Shown: positions 47,378 through 57,016 of the stretch, one piece after another
Numbering within the stretch: the stretch's first letter is position 1
Layout: every line of letters begins with the position of its first letter
Virus record (IMG/VR): IMGVR_UViG_3300032893_000015
Span: 36,611-100,610 of that record
Reading direction: 5' to 3' (one strand)
Source of the DNA: a virus
Length of the DNA: 64,000 nucleotides
Notes under the pieces: generated by a model
Databases searched by the model: none
What the model saw: only the letters and a program-made list of their open reading frames with translations
Told to the model about the DNA's origin: nothing
Translations under genes and position numbers: made by a program

Positions 47378-49990
47378 CTACGCCGCCTGCGGCAGCGACT
47401 CTTGCACGGTCACCTGGTCGCCGATGGTGGTCTCCAGCACGATCGAATCCATGCTCGGCAACGTCTGCACGCGCAGGATGACTCGGTTGATGCCCTGCTG
47501 CAGCGTTCTGGTGGTGTTGCCCTTCTTGGCGTCGAGGGTGAACCCACCGATACGCTGGAATGATGGGTTGTTCGCGCTGAGCAACCCCTCCATGAAGGCC
47601 TTGATCTCCTGGGCGAAGGCGTTGCGTCGGTTCACCGTCATCAGCCGCTTGGAGTACGCCTTCCCTCGCTGCGCAATGCTGTCCTGTATGTAGTCGGCCA
47701 TTCTCCTGCGCGCGATGCGCACCAGGCTCGGGTTGACGTTCGGGTCCACCGCCGTGACGCCCGACTGGAAGCTCGCGTTGCCATCATCGATGCGCAGAGC
47801 TGCGATACCGCTGGCCTTGAACAGCTGGTAATCGGCCATCTGGAAGCCCTGCACGTTGGCGCCCTTCTCGATGCCGTTGACGATGCTCGCGAACGACGTC
47901 TCCTGGCCCGGGTTCTCCTCGGGTGGCAGCTGGCTCATGATGCTGGCCATTAGCGAGTCCGACCCGACGTCGATGTTCCCGTCCACGGTGAACGCCGTGT
48001 ACCCGGTGTTGGGCGGGTTGCCCGCCAGTCCCAGGCGCGCAATGAGCGGCACGTAAACGTTCGTGCCGATGTAGCAGTAGACGACGCGCTGATCCCTGTA
48101 CGCACCCACTCCCGGATCGGCCACCGGCGAGGTAGCGGTGTACTTGTCCGTGTTGAGCGGCGGCCTGACGCACGCCATCCTCCCGAAGCACCCGCTGGCG
48201 CTGGCGGTGAGGGCATTGGTACGCAGTCCTCTGCGCACGGTGTTGCTCTGTCGTGCCGACAGTACGATGTTCACCTGCTTGGCCACGGTGTTGATGTCCA
48301 TGCTCGGTTGTCCGAGCGCCGTGACGTACGCCGCATCGATAGCCGACTCGCTAAGGGCCGCGCTGATGGGCTGCAGGTTCTGCACGGAGAAGCTTCCGAT
48401 GTCCGGGGCGTTGGTGATCTGGGTGACGGCTCCCGCTGTTGCCGCCCCGACGCTCCCGTCGTCCAGCGCCGGGCGCACTGGCACGGTAAAGGGCCCTGCG
48501 TTGGGCACGGCAACTCCTCCGCTGCCCGACGTCTTCCCTCCGATGAGCACCCCCACGGTGGTGAAGTTCACGTCCTGCGCCGTGACGTACACGGGCCCTG
48601 CGCTCCCCGGCACCTGCACGATGGTCCCCGCCGCCAGGACGCCCAAGGGAAAGGGCGCCCCCACGGTCGTCCCCAGCACGAGCCCGAGCTTGGTGAGCAC
48701 CGCTTGCGCGCTCACTGCGACAACACGCACTTGCGCCGCCGTCGTCCCGGTGAGGGCGCTCGTCAGGTAAAGGTTCGCCGCTCCGTCTGCGAAGGCCACC
48801 GCCGGCTGTCCCGCGGCGGTGAACGCGTTGTTGATGGCCGTCACGACCAGGGCCACCGTCGTCTCGGTCCCTGCGAACGTCACGGTCACGTTCGGCTGCG
48901 CATCGATGCCGAGGGTGATGGTGCTTGCTGCCGTGGGCGGTAGGGTCACCGCCGTCCCCACGACGATGGCCTGTCCCTGCTGGGTGTTGATGGTCCCGGC
49001 GGTGAGCCCGAATGCGGTCGCTGTCGTTCCGCTCCCGACCAGGATGTACGGTGCGGTCGTTGGCGACGTATTGCTGATGCGCAGGCGGCTCGAGCTGTCG
49101 AACTCCACGCGTGTGTTGGCGATGGCCGTTTGAATGACAGCTGTCACTTCGCTCTGGCTGACGCTCGCAATGTTCGCGACGTTCCCCGTACCCAGGGTCG
49201 TCCCCGCCGTGAGTCCGAGTGCCGTCCCGACGCCTCCGCTCGAGAACGACACAACGCGCACCTGCGCCTGATTCCCGCGCTGCAGCCCGGTGAGCGAGAA
49301 CTGCCCGGAGCTCGTCGCCGCGAGGGTAAAGCCCGCCGTCGCATTGATACGCGCGATGACTCCCGCCTGGCTACCGTCGCCGGTGAGGAACGTGACGGTA
49401 AAGTTCGGCCTTCCGTCCACCCCGAGCACCACCTGGTCTCCGGGGTTCACGGCGTAGGTCGCCCCCGACGAGGTAACGCTCGCCGCCGTCGCGTTGAAGG
49501 TCGCGTTGGTGGGGCCAGCCCCTATGTCCAACTGCACGACTTGTCCCGGCTGCAGCGAGAACTGCAACCCGGGTAGCCCGGTGACGTACGGCAGTTTGGT
49601 GAACTGCACGTTGCCGACGCTCGTGTTCACGCGGCAGATGATGAGCCGCGCGTATTGCTTGCCCTGCAACTGGACGAAGCCGTTCCCGTTCCAGTACTCC
49701 ACGGCTCCCGCCCCATCCGCCTTCCGCGCAATGGCGCAGGGGTTCTGCGCTTGCACGCCAAAGTACGTGTACCCGAGCGTGCCGAAGTTGTTCGTGAGGT
49801 CGTCGGCGCTGCTGACCTCGAGCGGGAAGTTGTAAGGGCCGTTCTCGAACTCTCCGACCATCATCACCGTCCCGGTCCCGATGCCCTTCAGGGCACTCGG
49901 CGGCTCCAGGTCCAGGATGTTGACGGACTCGATGTTGAGGAGGACGTCATTACCAGGGTCAAACGTAAATCGCCTTACGAATGAGGACAA
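47378..49990 (-). CDS. tail sheath protein
   Basis: VGEFENGP...FG N-terminus; C-terminal RIARRRMADYIQDSI...QTLPSMDSIVL. Confidence 0.9.
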   Translation of the reverse strand: MSSFVRRFTFDPGNDVLLNIESVNILDLEPPSALKGIGTGTVMMVGEFENGPYNFPLEVSSADDLTNNFGTLGYTYFGVQAQNPCAIARKADGAGAVEYWNGNGFVQLQGKQYARLIICRVNTSVGNVQFTKLPYVTGLPGLQFSLQPGQVVQLDIGAGPTNATFNATAASVTSSGATYAVNPGDQVVLGVDGRPNFTVTFLTGDGSQAGVIARINATAGFTLAATSSGQFSLTGLQRGNQAQVRVVSFSSGGVGTALGLTAGTTLGTGNVANIASVSQSEVTAVIQTAIANTRVEFDSSSRLRISNTSPTTAPYILVGSGTTATAFGLTAGTINTQQGQAIVVGTAVTLPPTAASTITLGIDAQPNVTVTFAGTETTVALVVTAINNAFTAAGQPAVAFADGAANLYLTSALTGTTAAQVRVVAVSAQAVLTKLGLVLGTTVGAPFPLGVLAAGTIVQVPGSAGPVYVTAQDVNFTTVGVLIGGKTSGSGGVAVPNAGPFTVPVRPALDDGSVGAATAGAVTQITNAPDIGSFSVQNLQPISAALSESAIDAAYVTALGQPSMDINTVAKQVNIVLSARQSNTVRRGLRTNALTASASGCFGRMACVRPPLNTDKYTATSPVADPGVGAYRDQRVVYCYIGTNVYVPLIARLGLAGNPPNTGYTAFTVDGNIDVGSDSLMASIMSQLPPEENPGQETSFASIVNGIEKGANVQGFQMADYQLFKASGIAALRIDDGNASFQSGVTAVDPNVNPSLVRIARRRMADYIQDSIAQRGKAYSKRLMTVNRRNAFAQEIKAFMEGLLSANNPSFQRIGGFTLDAKKGNTTRTLQQGINRVILRVQTLPSMDSIVLETTIGDQVTVQESLPQAA

Positions 49991-50674
49991 TTACATACCT
50001 CTCCTTCCACGCATCCCGCACGCGACCCACTCTTCGAGCGTCATCGTGTGCTTTGCGAAGTTGCACCCCTTGCACGCGGGTAAGAGATTCCCGAACTCGT
50101 GCTTCCCGCCACGCGACAGTGGTGTCACGTGGTCGAGCGTGTCTGCTTTCCCCCCGTGCAGCCAAAGCAACAGACGCACGTCTGCTGCCGTAACCTTGCC
50201 CTCCACCATTGCTCCGTGTCGGCGACGGTTCGCCGCCGCTTTGTGGGTGCGGTACCTGTCGGGGTATCGGACTTGGTACGCCCTTACTACAGCGATTCTT
50301 GCCCTTGGATTGTTTGCGTACGCTCGTTTGCCATCGCAAGTCGTGCAAACGTTCCGGCGACCCCCCGCACATGTTTTGTGTCTGGCGAACTTCTCCAACG
50401 GCTTCCACTCAAGACACTTCACACACGCCTTACCGGGCACCCCGTTCCGCACGAATACCGGGCTCACCACCTTTCCCGGATGTGGTCGATTCTTGGGCCT
50501 TTTGATCCCCAGTTCGTGTGCGCGACGAGTGATCGCGCGAAGACTTCTCTTCGGCAGTTGCGTCGCAATGCTCTCCACCGTCATCTCAGAAGACCACGCC
50601 ACCTGCAGGTACGCGTCCTCGTGATCGGTCCAGGGAACCTTGAGCAAGTCACCCGCTGCCTTCTTCGCCGTCAT
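49991..50674 (-). CDS. HNH endonuclease (free-standing, homing-type) with Myb-like N-terminus
   Basis: WTDHED..L, CVKC...F...CTTC, TLDHVTPLSRGGKHEFGNLLPACKGCNFAK. Confidence 0.88.
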   Translation of the reverse strand: MTAKKAAGDLLKVPWTDHEDAYLQVAWSSEMTVESIATQLPKRSLRAITRRAHELGIKRPKNRPHPGKVVSPVFVRNGVPGKACVKCLEWKPLEKFARHKTCAGGRRNVCTTCDGKRAYANNPRARIAVVRAYQVRYPDRYRTHKAAANRRRHGAMVEGKVTAADVRLLLWLHGGKADTLDHVTPLSRGGKHEFGNLLPACKGCNFAKHTMTLEEWVACGMRGRRGM

Positions 50675-50771
50675 GTCCGCCCGTAACTACTCCCTTTCCG
50701 AGCTCACCGTCCGGCGGCATGCCGGGTGCCCGTCCATCTCGGATTGAAGCAGATGCGTTTCCCTGGCGCTA

Positions 50772-51599
50772 CTACTGCCCCCACGACGGCGGCAGCGGAT
50801 AGCGGGGTGTGGTGGTGTTGTCGCTGGCATCCGGCTGCTGGACGAACTCCGCGCCCGGGGGTTGTGGCGGGTCCAGGGGTGCCACCGGTGGCTGCAGGTA
50901 GATGGGCACTCCCTGGCTATCGATGTCCGTGTCCACTTCGATGATGGGCTGCATCGGCACGTAGTTGACGAGCGCCACGATGTTGAAGCGCATCTCTATC
51001 TCCACCTGCACCCTACGTCTGCCTCGCGCGCTCATCTCCTCGTCGAAGTTCTCGCGGCGGTTGAGCGTGAAGCACACGAGCTCGTTGTAGTAGTCGGGCA
51101 TCTTGAAGCGCAACCCGCTCATCTGCTCGGTGGGGCTGATGGCCGTCTCCAACCCCGCGACGATGGCGCGCCTCTCCGGCACCTTGTTCGCCCACACTTC
51201 CAGGTTCAGCGTCTCGATGTACTCCGCCTGCCACTGCAACACTGTCCCCGGCGAGTACACGTCCCGCGTCGTCTCTTCGACATACGAGGTAAGGCCGATG
51301 CTGTCGTAGTCCGCCCTGGATGGGCGTATGACCACCGCCGGCATGAGCAGGTCCTGGGTGTAGTCGGGCGCTTCCAGGTGGAAGTTCTCCGGCAAGATCT
51401 GGAACGCCACGGGGATGCGATTGGCTCCGGGCGCGTAGAAGATGAGCGACGTCACATACCGCTGCAGGATGCGCAGGGCGACGGTCCTCCCGTCTTCGAC
51501 CAGCGGTGGTGGCTGCGGTCTTGGCGGATAGACGTCCCCGAACGGATTGCCAAACAGGAGCGCGCGCAGGTCCGCGGGCATGTTGAACGGGAACGGCAC
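50772..51599 (-). CDS. putative tail terminator / neck protein
   Basis: Position upstream of the sheath; PAVVI...LEVWA pattern. Confidence 0.55.
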   Translation of the reverse strand: MPFPFNMPADLRALLFGNPFGDVYPPRPQPPPLVEDGRTVALRILQRYVTSLIFYAPGANRIPVAFQILPENFHLEAPDYTQDLLMPAVVIRPSRADYDSIGLTSYVEETTRDVYSPGTVLQWQAEYIETLNLEVWANKVPERRAIVAGLETAISPTEQMSGLRFKMPDYYNELVCFTLNRRENFDEEMSARGRRRVQVEIEMRFNIVALVNYVPMQPIIEVDTDIDSQGVPIYLQPPVAPLDPPQPPGAEFVQQPDASDNTTTPRYPLPPSWGQ

Positions 51600-51620
51600 C
51601 CTTTGAGGCTACCACCGTGC

Positions 51621-51644
51621 GATTGGAAACCCGGGTTTCCAATC
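51621..51644. repeat. 24-bp palindrome copy 8 (intergenic)
   Basis: Exact. Confidence 0.95.
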
Positions 51645-51661
51645 CTCTCCCCTTTGGCCGG

Positions 51662-52225
51662 CTACTTGTTCCCGAGCTCCCGACGTATCTCGCGGTGTAT
51701 CTCTTCCTCCAGGAAGTCCGGCACCCGCTTGGCTGCCTTCTCCGCGATGCGCAGTCCCTGCTTCCCGTCTCGGTTGAAGATGCCCGTTCCCGGCTTGCTG
51801 GGCGTGCCCTGCATCGTCCTCGCAATGGCCCAGGCTATCTGCCTCGCCTGGGCATACGCCTCCGGGCTACTGCGCTTCTTGGGCGAATGCCCGGTAAGTC
51901 CCTTTCGCCGTACCCACTCGGCGATGGCATCGATCATCTGCCGCCCGATCTTGATGTTCTCCGCTCGCGCGCCTCGCTCGATGACGCTCGCATAGGGCAT
52001 CGAATTGACGACGTCCGCCCCGCTTTTGGTCACCTCCACGTGCCAGGCCTGCCTGTACGCGCCATCGAAGATGGGAGCGGGTTTCTCCGCGGGGATGAGC
52101 TCATTCTGGATGACGCCGAGCAGTCGAAAGGCCGCACTGACGCATCCCCGCTGCACCCCGCCCTGCATGCCCTTCTGGAGCCATTGCTCCAGCTCGTTGA
52201 ACTCGCTGCTGTCGAAAGACGGCAT
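51662..52225 (-). CDS. HK97 gp10-like neck / tail-completion protein
   Basis: APIFDGAYRQAW, NSMPYASVIERG, IAEWVRRKG, AWAIARTM. Confidence 0.7.
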   Translation of the reverse strand: MPSFDSSEFNELEQWLQKGMQGGVQRGCVSAAFRLLGVIQNELIPAEKPAPIFDGAYRQAWHVEVTKSGADVVNSMPYASVIERGARAENIKIGRQMIDAIAEWVRRKGLTGHSPKKRSSPEAYAQARQIAWAIARTMQGTPSKPGTGIFNRDGKQGLRIAEKAAKRVPDFLEEEIHREIRRELGNK

Positions 52226-52231
52226 ACCTCG

Positions 52232-52438
52232 TCAGAACTCCAGCTGCAGCCTGATGCCGGCTTCCGGGTGTTCCCAGTCCGCCCCCGGCAGCGTCACGTA
52301 CCCGTCCACCTTCGCCCCCTCCCACGTCGCCACCGGTACGGTGAGCAAGACGTCTCCATCCTGCGTTTCCAGGCACAGGTTGTACTTCCCCTTCTCCACC
52401 GACTTCGCGCACACGCGCGCCTTCTCGTTGTCGTCCAT
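52232..52438 (-). CDS. hypothetical small protein
   Basis: MDDNEKARV... fills the gap between neighbours. Confidence 0.45.
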   Translation of the reverse strand: MDDNEKARVCAKSVEKGKYNLCLETQDGDVLLTVPVATWEGAKVDGYVTLPGADWEHPEAGIRLQLEF

Positions 52439-52445
52439 GGGGGCC

Positions 52446-53003
52446 CTAGCCTTCCTTGCCCTTGAGGTACAGCGACTGCCCGTGCCTTCCGCGGTCCTCG
52501 CTGATGCGCTCGAGCATGATGGTCCACTGCACCTTGCCGGCATCGCGGAAGGGCGGTGAGAGCAACCTGTACGACTGCCTGAGCGGCAGCTGGTCTCCGC
52601 GTCCGTCTTCCCGGATCTCGTAGAAAAACTCCCACGGCTGCGGAATGTGGCTCTCGTGGGCGACCGGCAGCATCAACCCTTGCAGCTGGTCGTACGTGTA
52701 CTGCACGCTGACCTCTGTCAGCTTCACGCTCCCGGCCTGTACGGTGCCGGCGTGGAAGATCGAAAAGGTAACGCTGTCGAGCGAGCTGACTTTCGGAGTG
52801 GGTAGGAGCTCCGTCTCTTGAACATACGTGATGGGTGGGGTTCCTCGTTCCGACCCCGCCCACACCCCCCACACCAGAAAGCACCGATACGGCCTGACGC
52901 CGAACCTGGTGTTCAACTGCCGGAGTCGATCGGCCAGCGGCCCGAACCGATTCGCCAGTGCGCGCTTTGCTTGCGCGGGTGTGAGGGGAGCAGGCTTGGG
53001 CAT
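52446..53003 (-). CDS. putative head-closure / stopper protein
   Basis: Position in the neck module; GGAGG RBS. Confidence 0.5.
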   Translation of the reverse strand: MPKPAPLTPAQAKRALANRFGPLADRLRQLNTRFGVRPYRCFLVWGVWAGSERGTPPITYVQETELLPTPKVSSLDSVTFSIFHAGTVQAGSVKLTEVSVQYTYDQLQGLMLPVAHESHIPQPWEFFYEIREDGRGDQLPLRQSYRLLSPPFRDAGKVQWTIMLERISEDRGRHGQSLYLKGKEG

Positions 53004-53004
53004 G

Positions 53005-53271
53005 TCACTTCTTGCAGTTCGCCGCCTTGACCGCTGCCGCCGCGTTGTTTCGCATCGCCAGGTCCTGCAGCAACACCTTCACGATGGGGTCCAGCTCCGC
53101 GTTGATGTTGCACGCCGCATCGACCGCCGTGCTGTCGGGCAGGTCCGCGTGCGCGATGATGCACGCGTAATCGGCGACGTCGATCGCGGTCTTGATGGCT
53201 TGCTGGGGCGAGGTGCAGGCCCCCATCGCCGCCGCGAGCATGATGACCACTCCCTTGTACGGATTGCGCAT
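53005..53271 (-). CDS. putative lipoprotein
   Basis: Signal peptide MRNPYKGVVIMLAAAMGA-C with lipobox-like Cys. Confidence 0.6.
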   Translation of the reverse strand: MRNPYKGVVIMLAAAMGACTSPQQAIKTAIDVADYACIIAHADLPDSTAVDAACNINAELDPIVKVLLQDLAMRNNAAAAVKAANCKK

Positions 53272-53289
53272 CGTCCTTTTCCCTTTCCC

Positions 53290-53697
53290 TCAGTTTTGCA
53301 CCGGAATGTTCATCCCGCTGCCGCCCCCCGTCCACGACGTGAACCGTTGGTCGAAGGGATTGGGCGGCACCTGCAGCATGTTCGCCAGCCGCCCCTGCCA
53401 GTACTTGTACAGCTCCATGACGTGGTGAAAGTGCTTCAGGTTCACCTTGATGTCCCCGATCTCCTCCACCGCCAGGTCCCCCTGCTCTTCGACCAGTTGC
53501 GCTTCGAGCGCATCCATCTTGTCGAGCAAGTCCCGGAACGCCTGCTCGTGGCTCGGTAGGATCCTGGCCCACGTCCCTTCGATCATGAAGGCCGTCGGCA
53601 CCGCCGCCGGTATACCCAGGGCAAACGTCGAGGCTTGGGAAACTCCCCCATACCCCATGTGCCCTCGTGCCCTGACCCTGTCTTGCTCCGAGATCAC
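53290..53697 (-). CDS. putative head-tail adaptor
   Basis: DRVRARGHMGY...EIGDIKV pattern; downstream of the capsid gene. Confidence 0.6.
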   Translation of the reverse strand: MISEQDRVRARGHMGYGGVSQASTFALGIPAAVPTAFMIEGTWARILPSHEQAFRDLLDKMDALEAQLVEEQGDLAVEEIGDIKVNLKHFHHVMELYKYWQGRLANMLQVPPNPFDQRFTSWTGGGSGMNIPVQN

Positions 53698-53720
53698 GCC
53701 TCAGAGCTTACCACGCTGCC

Positions 53721-54131
53721 TCACGCCGGCTGCTGCGCCGCGTCCCCTTCGTCGTCCAGCTGCCCTCGCGCGATGGCTTCTTGCCCGCTGAGGAGCGAGT
53801 CGTCGTAGGTCTGCTCCTGCATCGGCTCCAGGGTAATTCCCTGCCTCCGCATGAGGGCCAGATCGTGCGTGGCTTCGGTAACGATCTTCCCGGGCCTCAG
53901 GTGTACCATATACCCCTCGCTGGTGAAGGGTATGAGCCCATCGTGACTGCGTGGGCCATTGGTCACCATGTACTGCTTCGCTTTGCGCTCGGGTTCGTTC
54001 CTTGGGGTTGCCCTTTGCTGGGGCTCCTTATGGGTTTCCTCTTCGCCGGGCAACCCCGCCGAACCTCCGGGAATGCTCGGTGCATCCATCGTCGCCGGAG
54101 CCTGACCCGGCTGCACTTTGTGTCTGGCCAT
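53721..54131 (-). CDS. hypothetical protein
   Basis: GAGGAGG RBS; follows the capsid gene. Confidence 0.6.
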   Translation of the reverse strand: MARHKVQPGQAPATMDAPSIPGGSAGLPGEEETHKEPQQRATPRNEPERKAKQYMVTNGPRSHDGLIPFTSEGYMVHLRPGKIVTEATHDLALMRRQGITLEPMQEQTYDDSLLSGQEAIARGQLDDEGDAAQQPA

Positions 54132-54173
54132 CGTGTTGTGCGCCTCCTCTGCTCGGGAGCCTAGCACCCCACC

Positions 54174-54197
54174 GATTGGAAACCCGGGTTTCCAATC
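54174..54197. repeat. 24-bp palindrome copy 9 (intergenic, after capsid)
   Basis: Exact. Confidence 0.95.
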
Positions 54198-54258
54198 CCC
54201 TCCCCCGGGCTCTTTGGGTTGTCAGTTCCCCGGGGGAAGGGTTGTCAGTACCGCTGCT

Positions 54259-55650
54259 TTAGGTCGCGAACTCGCAGACGATGGCGCGCTTGTAGCGCTC
54301 CGGTCCGCTCGGTGCCGTGATGTCGCTGGGCACCGGGAAGCTCGTCGAGATGCTCCAGCTCGCGGTGACCGTTTGCTGCAGCTTGTCCATCGGCGCCCGC
54401 AGCACTAGGCGAATGCGCTCGGTGAGAATCGAGATGCCGTTGTTCACGACGTCGAAATCTCCGACCTTCCCGAGCAGACCCGCTTCCGTCGTGTAGTTGC
54501 TCTCGTCCAGGTACTTCTCGTAGAGGCACCCTCGGCCCGTGATGACGATGCGTCCGATGTTGACGCCGCTGCCGTTGACGACCTCGGCTCCGATCTCCTG
54601 GCCGTAGATACCGCTCGACGCCGTGGCCACCTGCGTCCCCGTATTGAAGGTCTCCGGCGCTTCGGTGTTCATGAAGAACATCACGTTCGCCATCGTCCCG
54701 ATAAAGCCCTCCTTGTAGATGACGTGCTCGGGCAGCGACTGATTCAGTCGCTGGAACACCGGGTCCGCAAAGAACTGCGAGTTCCCCAGGGGGCTGACGT
54801 GTGCGTGGTAAAAGCCGTCCTCGTGCGGCTGCACGTTTGCGCGTCGCAGGAAGCCCACGGCGTTGATGATCTGCTGCAGGACGAGGGTGTCCGCCGCCCC
54901 GATGGCATCCACGCTGTTGCCGGCCGCGCTCCGCACGACCCTCGGTGCGTACGCGCTCTTGACCGCGCTGCGTATGGCACATGCCGTCCCAACGGCCGCC
55001 TGCAGCTGCAGGGTCCCCGGCCCATTCAGGTCGCTCGGGATGCTCGGCGTGTACCCGATGACGGTCAGGGAGATGGCTCCGCTCGGCCCATACAGGGTGA
55101 TGGGCAGTGGGTAGGTCGTGCTGACCGGTTGCGGGGCCACGGTCCCGTTCGGGATGACCACGTCCGTGAAGCCGTTGAGGCTCGCCACCTGCAGCGTGGT
55201 GTCCGTCGAGGCGGGTGCGGTCGTCGTGACGGTCTGCCCCGACAGGTACGCCTGGAAAAGCGCGTTTCGGGCAACACGATTGACGCTCTGTCCTGCCTGC
55301 AACCCCAGCTGGTGGATGTTCCGCAGGAACAGGTTCGCGTTCGTCGTGACGGCCGTGGGCATGTGCGTGTCGATGCTGTCGGCGTATTGCGAAAGCGTCG
55401 CCACCCACTGCTCGAACGGCACCGTCTGCCCGATTGGGTCGGTTCCGGGCGTCAGCGGCGTGACGCTTGGCTTCAGCAACCCTGGCCGGGTCATATAGAT
55501 CTGTTGGCCCGTCTGAATGGGCCACTCTTCCGGCATCGCCTCGGCACGAAACGCCAGGTTCGGAAACAACCCATCGTGGAACGCACGCTCCAGCAGCCCT
55601 TGCTGCTGCAGGCTTGCCACCGACGCGGGCACCGCGATCAGTAACGCCAT
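54259..55650 (-). CDS. major capsid protein
   Basis: 463 aa; LRRANVQP..DGFYHAHVSP, GFIGTMANVMF, PMDKLQQ; follows the scaffold gene; GGAGGTG RBS. Confidence 0.85.
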   Translation of the reverse strand: MALLIAVPASVASLQQQGLLERAFHDGLFPNLAFRAEAMPEEWPIQTGQQIYMTRPGLLKPSVTPLTPGTDPIGQTVPFEQWVATLSQYADSIDTHMPTAVTTNANLFLRNIHQLGLQAGQSVNRVARNALFQAYLSGQTVTTTAPASTDTTLQVASLNGFTDVVIPNGTVAPQPVSTTYPLPITLYGPSGAISLTVIGYTPSIPSDLNGPGTLQLQAAVGTACAIRSAVKSAYAPRVVRSAAGNSVDAIGAADTLVLQQIINAVGFLRRANVQPHEDGFYHAHVSPLGNSQFFADPVFQRLNQSLPEHVIYKEGFIGTMANVMFFMNTEAPETFNTGTQVATASSGIYGQEIGAEVVNGSGVNIGRIVITGRGCLYEKYLDESNYTTEAGLLGKVGDFDVVNNGISILTERIRLVLRAPMDKLQQTVTASWSISTSFPVPSDITAPSGPERYKRAIVCEFAT

Positions 55651-55838
55651 GTTGACTCACACCTCCGGTAGGGGAACGTTGGGGATTCGCGGACTACGAC
55701 GTGTAGGAGTCCGCCGCCTCGCAACCTTCGCTGCCTCTACCCCCTGCCCCGCCGATTGACCGTTGGCGTACCACGTAGTGGGGAAGACCGAGCCGCGTCG
55801 TATCGCTGGCTTTCAGCCTACGCGCCCGGTCCCCACCG

Positions 55839-56012
55839 TCAAGGCGCTGCTTTCCGGCGCTTGCGCTTCGCCCACGCCCCCAGCCCCCCTCCGCTCTCCC
55901 TTGCCTTCCTCAGGGCCGCCGCCACCGCCTGGTCCTGGGGGTGCCCCGCCGCCACCATCTCCCGGATGTTGTCGCTGACCACTTTCCGGTCCTTGCCCGG
56001 CTTCAGCGGCAT
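55839..56012 (-). CDS. small conserved phage protein
   Basis: [34 protein letters not shown], a recurrent head-module family. Confidence 0.7.
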   Translation of the reverse strand: MPLKPGKDRKVVSDNIREMVAAGHPQDQAVAAALRKARESGGGLGAWAKRKRRKAAP

Positions 56013-56031
56013 GGTGCCCCCCTTGTCCTTC

Positions 56032-56928
56032 TCAGTACCTGACGCCGAGCTCGCGCATCTTCGCCTTCGCTTCCGCGTCCGTGTACGAGTTCGGCTTTCC
56101 GGGTGCAAAGGTCTTCGGCTGTCCCGCGGCGTCGTCGCTCTTCTCGGGGGGTTTGCCTTCCTTGGCTCCGGTGGTGATGGGCACCTTCGCCTTGGCCTTC
56201 TGCCCCTCCTTCACTTCTTTTTCGATCTGCTCGCGCAGCGTCATCTCGTACCCCTTGGACAGTCTCGGCTTGGCCTTCACGCGCTCTTCGAAGAACTTCC
56301 CGGCCATCGTTTCGATCTGCTTCGGGGTCATCTTGTCCAGCTGCTTCTGCCCGTCCTTCCCGGGGTACTCCTGGCGCAAGTGCTTGGCGAAGCGCTGCAA
56401 CTCCGCCTCGATGTAGTCCTCGTCGATGTGCTTTCCGGCCACGCGGCTGAGGAACGTGTCTTGTTTCTCGAAGACGCGATCTTCGGCGACCGCGCGCGCT
56501 CGGGCTTCGGCTTGCGCCGCCCTGGCTTCCGCCTTGGCGCGCAGGTCCTTTTCCCGCTCCACTTCCGACATCTCCTGCTGCTTGCGCTTCTCCTCGTCCG
56601 CTTCCATCTGCGCCAGCTTGTCCAGCTTTGCCTTGATGGTGTCGGGGTCGTCCGTACCGAAGCGCTTCTTCAGCTCTGCGCTCGTGTGCCTGCGCAGGCG
56701 CGAATCGAGCGCACTGCGCGACAGCTCGAGCAGGTCCGCGTCCTCCGGGATGTCATCGTTGCCCGCGAGACGCACCGCCTTGCGCTCGCCGCCGCCCGCC
56801 GGGGTTTCCTTAGGCGTCTGAACTTGCGCCTTGGGGGTCTGCTGCTGTTGTCCGCCTGCCGCCGGGGTCTCCGTCTTCCCGCCGTCGCCCGTTGTCGTTC
56901 CCGCAGCCGTCTTGTTGTCGTCCGCCAT
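56032..56928 (-). CDS. capsid scaffolding protein
   Basis: Charged coiled coil, [11 protein letters not shown] motif, upstream of the capsid gene. Confidence 0.75.
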   Translation of the reverse strand: MADDNKTAAGTTTGDGGKTETPAAGGQQQQTPKAQVQTPKETPAGGGERKAVRLAGNDDIPEDADLLELSRSALDSRLRRHTSAELKKRFGTDDPDTIKAKLDKLAQMEADEEKRKQQEMSEVEREKDLRAKAEARAAQAEARARAVAEDRVFEKQDTFLSRVAGKHIDEDYIEAELQRFAKHLRQEYPGKDGQKQLDKMTPKQIETMAGKFFEERVKAKPRLSKGYEMTLREQIEKEVKEGQKAKAKVPITTGAKEGKPPEKSDDAAGQPKTFAPGKPNSYTDAEAKAKMRELGVRY

Positions 56929-57016
56929 ATGCCTTGCGCCTCCAGGCGTTAGACATACCAGAGCCCCGCCCGGCACGCACCGAACGGGGCTCTTTCGCTT
57001 GCCTTGGGCGTTGGGA

